A DNA stretch of 24,000 bases from Pyrinomonadaceae bacterium (GTDB lineage Bacteria > Acidobacteriota > Blastocatellia > Pyrinomonadales > Pyrinomonadaceae): positions 61,812 through 85,811 of the forward strand of contig DASVQF010000014.1 in the NCBI GenBank assembly GCA_036389315.1, read 5' to 3'. A program made the position numbers and the translations under genes. Shown here piece after piece: positions 23,201 through 24,000 of this stretch. Below the pieces are notes generated by a model. That model did not search any database. It worked only from the letters and a program-made list of their open reading frames with translations, and was not told where the DNA came from. Every line of letters begins with the position of its first letter. The first letter of the stretch is position 1.

Positions 23201-24000
23201 TGCGGGCAAGCTGCGCTTTGCTGCGGGCGAGAGCACAAAGCAGTTGACCCTGAGCATCGTAGACGATGTCTTTGTCGAGCCCCCGGAGACTTTCACTCTG
23301 ACCCTGAGCGACCTGACCATCACCATCGCAGGCATCAACGTCAGCGTCCCTCTCAACCTGAGCGTTCCCGTCACGATCACGGACAACGACGTGGCCGGGA
23401 CGCCGAACCCGATAGACCAGACAGCCTTCTACGTCCGCCAGCTCTACGTTGATCTCCTGAGCCGCGAGCCCGATGCAGCGGGCCTGAGCGGCTGGACAAA
23501 TCGCATCAACCTCTGCGGGCAGCAGGGACAGCCTCCGCCTCCCTGTGATCGTGTGACGGTCGGAGGCGACGGCTTCCTGCGCTCGGGAGAGTTCTTCGAC
23601 CGACAGTTCTTCGTGCTTCGTCTCTATCGCACGGGCCTGGGAAGAATACTTCGTTATGACGAGATAAGCGATCTGGCCTATGTCAGCGGCTTTTTGACCA
23701 GCACGGATTTGGAATTGAACAAGCAGGACTTGGTGGCGGACATAATGGCCAGGGCTGAGTTCGCCAGTCAGTACAATGGCCTGCCGAACGATCAGTTTGT
23801 GGACAGGCTGTTGCAGACGGCCGTCGTCAGCGTGCCGCAGTCAGTACGAGACGCCTGGGTCTCGGCTCTCAACGCTGGCAGCAAGACGAGAGCAGTGGTC
23901 TTCAGAGAGATTTCTGAGCGCGAGGAGGTAAGCGCCAAGTACTTGCACGAAGCGCAGGTCGTGTCGGCTTACTACGGATTCTTCACCAGGAATCCGGACG
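20238..24000 (+). CDS. Secreted subtilisin-like serine protease (S8) with I9 propeptide and NIDO-like, BACON-like, Calx-beta and DUF4214 C-terminal domains; 3'-truncated by window edge
   Basis: Not in the ORF track because it has no stop. I translated frame 0 by hand from the ATG at 20238 (AGGAG 7 nt upstream) to nt 24000 and met no stop. The signal peptide ends ...LAAFGVSA/Q. The I9-like propeptide includes [11 protein letters not shown] ... LYAEPNY. The catalytic triad is D221 in VGIIDSGID (20898-20900), H283 in HGTHVAGT (21084-21086) and S465 in GTSMATPHV (21630-21632). Downstream domains are listed in the findings. Confidence 0.9.
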   Translation, partial: MLRVPHNRRAPASSQTKSRRSRFRLSLTVALCLLALASLAAFGVSAQLTDGPPANEAPNQAALQSSTAKGSHGAEFVPGDILVRYRNNLAASRAETADLPLLKHGRAMKVNVERFDGSRLVPGLRIARVRAEETLDAIAALKEDPNVLYAEPNYIMHAELLPNDARFGEMWALKNTGQSGNVGPPEDTRLVSGTPGVDIDAELAWTNFNTGSSSVVVGIIDSGIDINHPDLQANIWTNPGESGGGKESNGIDDDGNGRIDDVHGWDFFSNNNSVYDDPAVDFHGTHVAGTIGAVGNNGIGVTGINWQIKMMPLKFIGPTDGGDTGGSTTGAIAAITYAVDMRNRGVNIRVLNNSWGSSGPPGQSLTNAVNAANNAGILFVAAAGNESTDSDDSPGTPGGVDAPNVIRAMATDRIDDLAYFSNIGTRLPGIGAPGRGILSTTPRNYTGATYTEADGSTYSFFAGTSMATPHVTGVAALILAQYPGISVQRLRAALLFSGEATAALAGKTSGGRRLNAYQALLNAGTTDSVAPTVSGLAVASQNGRNVTLQFSAGDDGASGLAALYDIIFTSSAGGQYHIGAFAPSLLSNSQSVTVTIPYRQTAGTITLNALDEVGNSGLASVGVTVGDTVTQPYTVALSAAAPLSTGGTGLGVIGDDKYRFNYQLPFPFPFFGQPVSRVSVSTNGALYFAPPPQRTNGDADDAGSSVLGLNSQAMIAGMWDDLRTDRFSGDVFVVTPEAGRIIFRWQGSTFASDTQPVNFEIELRSDGVIQTRYGSGNGGLRPVVGISSGDADAYSANATNAYVVGSHTSTSSLIDLANAQTVTFAPQATAPACTYALSQTAQSFSSGAASGTVNVTAGAGCTWTAASNDPSFITITSGTGGTGNGTLSFSVAANAGAARTGTLTIAGQTFTVTQAAAPASVQLGQASYSVSEGQAFLNVVVTRTGDTSSAMTIRYATSDTTDANFRCDPSTVGQVTGVASRKCDYHIAAGKLRFAAGESTKQLTLSIVDDVFVEPPETFTLTLSDLTITIAGINVSVPLNLSVPVTITDNDVAGTPNPIDQTAFYVRQLYVDLLSREPDAAGLSGWTNRINLCGQQGQPPPPCDRVTVGGDGFLRSGEFFDRQFFVLRLYRTGLGRILRYDEISDLAYVSGFLTSTDLELNKQDLVADIMARAEFASQYNGLPNDQFVDRLLQTAVVSVPQSVRDAWVSALNAGSKTRAVVFREISEREEVSAKYLHEAQVVSAYYGFFTRNPD

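Overview
High-GC bacterial chromosomal window from a diderm (LPS-making) organism. Gene content resembles Acidobacteriota-like soil bacteria, but taxonomy cannot be proven from this window. I support 13 protein-coding genes (first and last cut by the window edges), one tRNA and a few small non-coding elements. Layout: (i) 1-9715 holds five co-directional, tightly spaced + strand genes: a 5'-truncated hypothetical gene; a two-AAA-module ATPase of the Afp15/Pvc15 (eCIS loader) type; a 1021-aa DUF4157/HExxH polymorphic toxin whose C-terminus carries an HxxD (Ntox15/Tde-like DNase) motif; a 183-aa GAD-like/DUF1851 (Tdi1-like) immunity gene; and a 966-aa four-domain glycosyltransferase/FkbM-methyltransferase fusion. 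(ii) 9743-10454 holds a hairpin, tRNA-Gln(CUG) with a near-consensus promoter, and an orphan histidine-kinase DHp (HisKA-only) mini-protein. (iii) 10491-13627 holds two adjacent minus-strand radical SAM genes; the larger resembles the archaeal tetraether synthase (Tes/GDGT-MAS, COG1964) family. (iv) 14031-19946 holds core outer-membrane genes lpxA-lpxD, lpxB and lptD. (v) 20238 to beyond 24000 is an open-ended secreted S8 subtilase mosaic of more than 1250 codons. It is absent from the supplied ORF track because it has no stop in the window. The two most interesting items are the eCIS-type loader plus DUF4157 carrier fused to a T6SS-type DNase/immunity cassette, and the Tes-like radical SAM pair placed head-to-head with lipid A genes (candidate bacterial membrane-spanning-lipid machinery). 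All family assignments come from motif recognition by eye; no searches were run.
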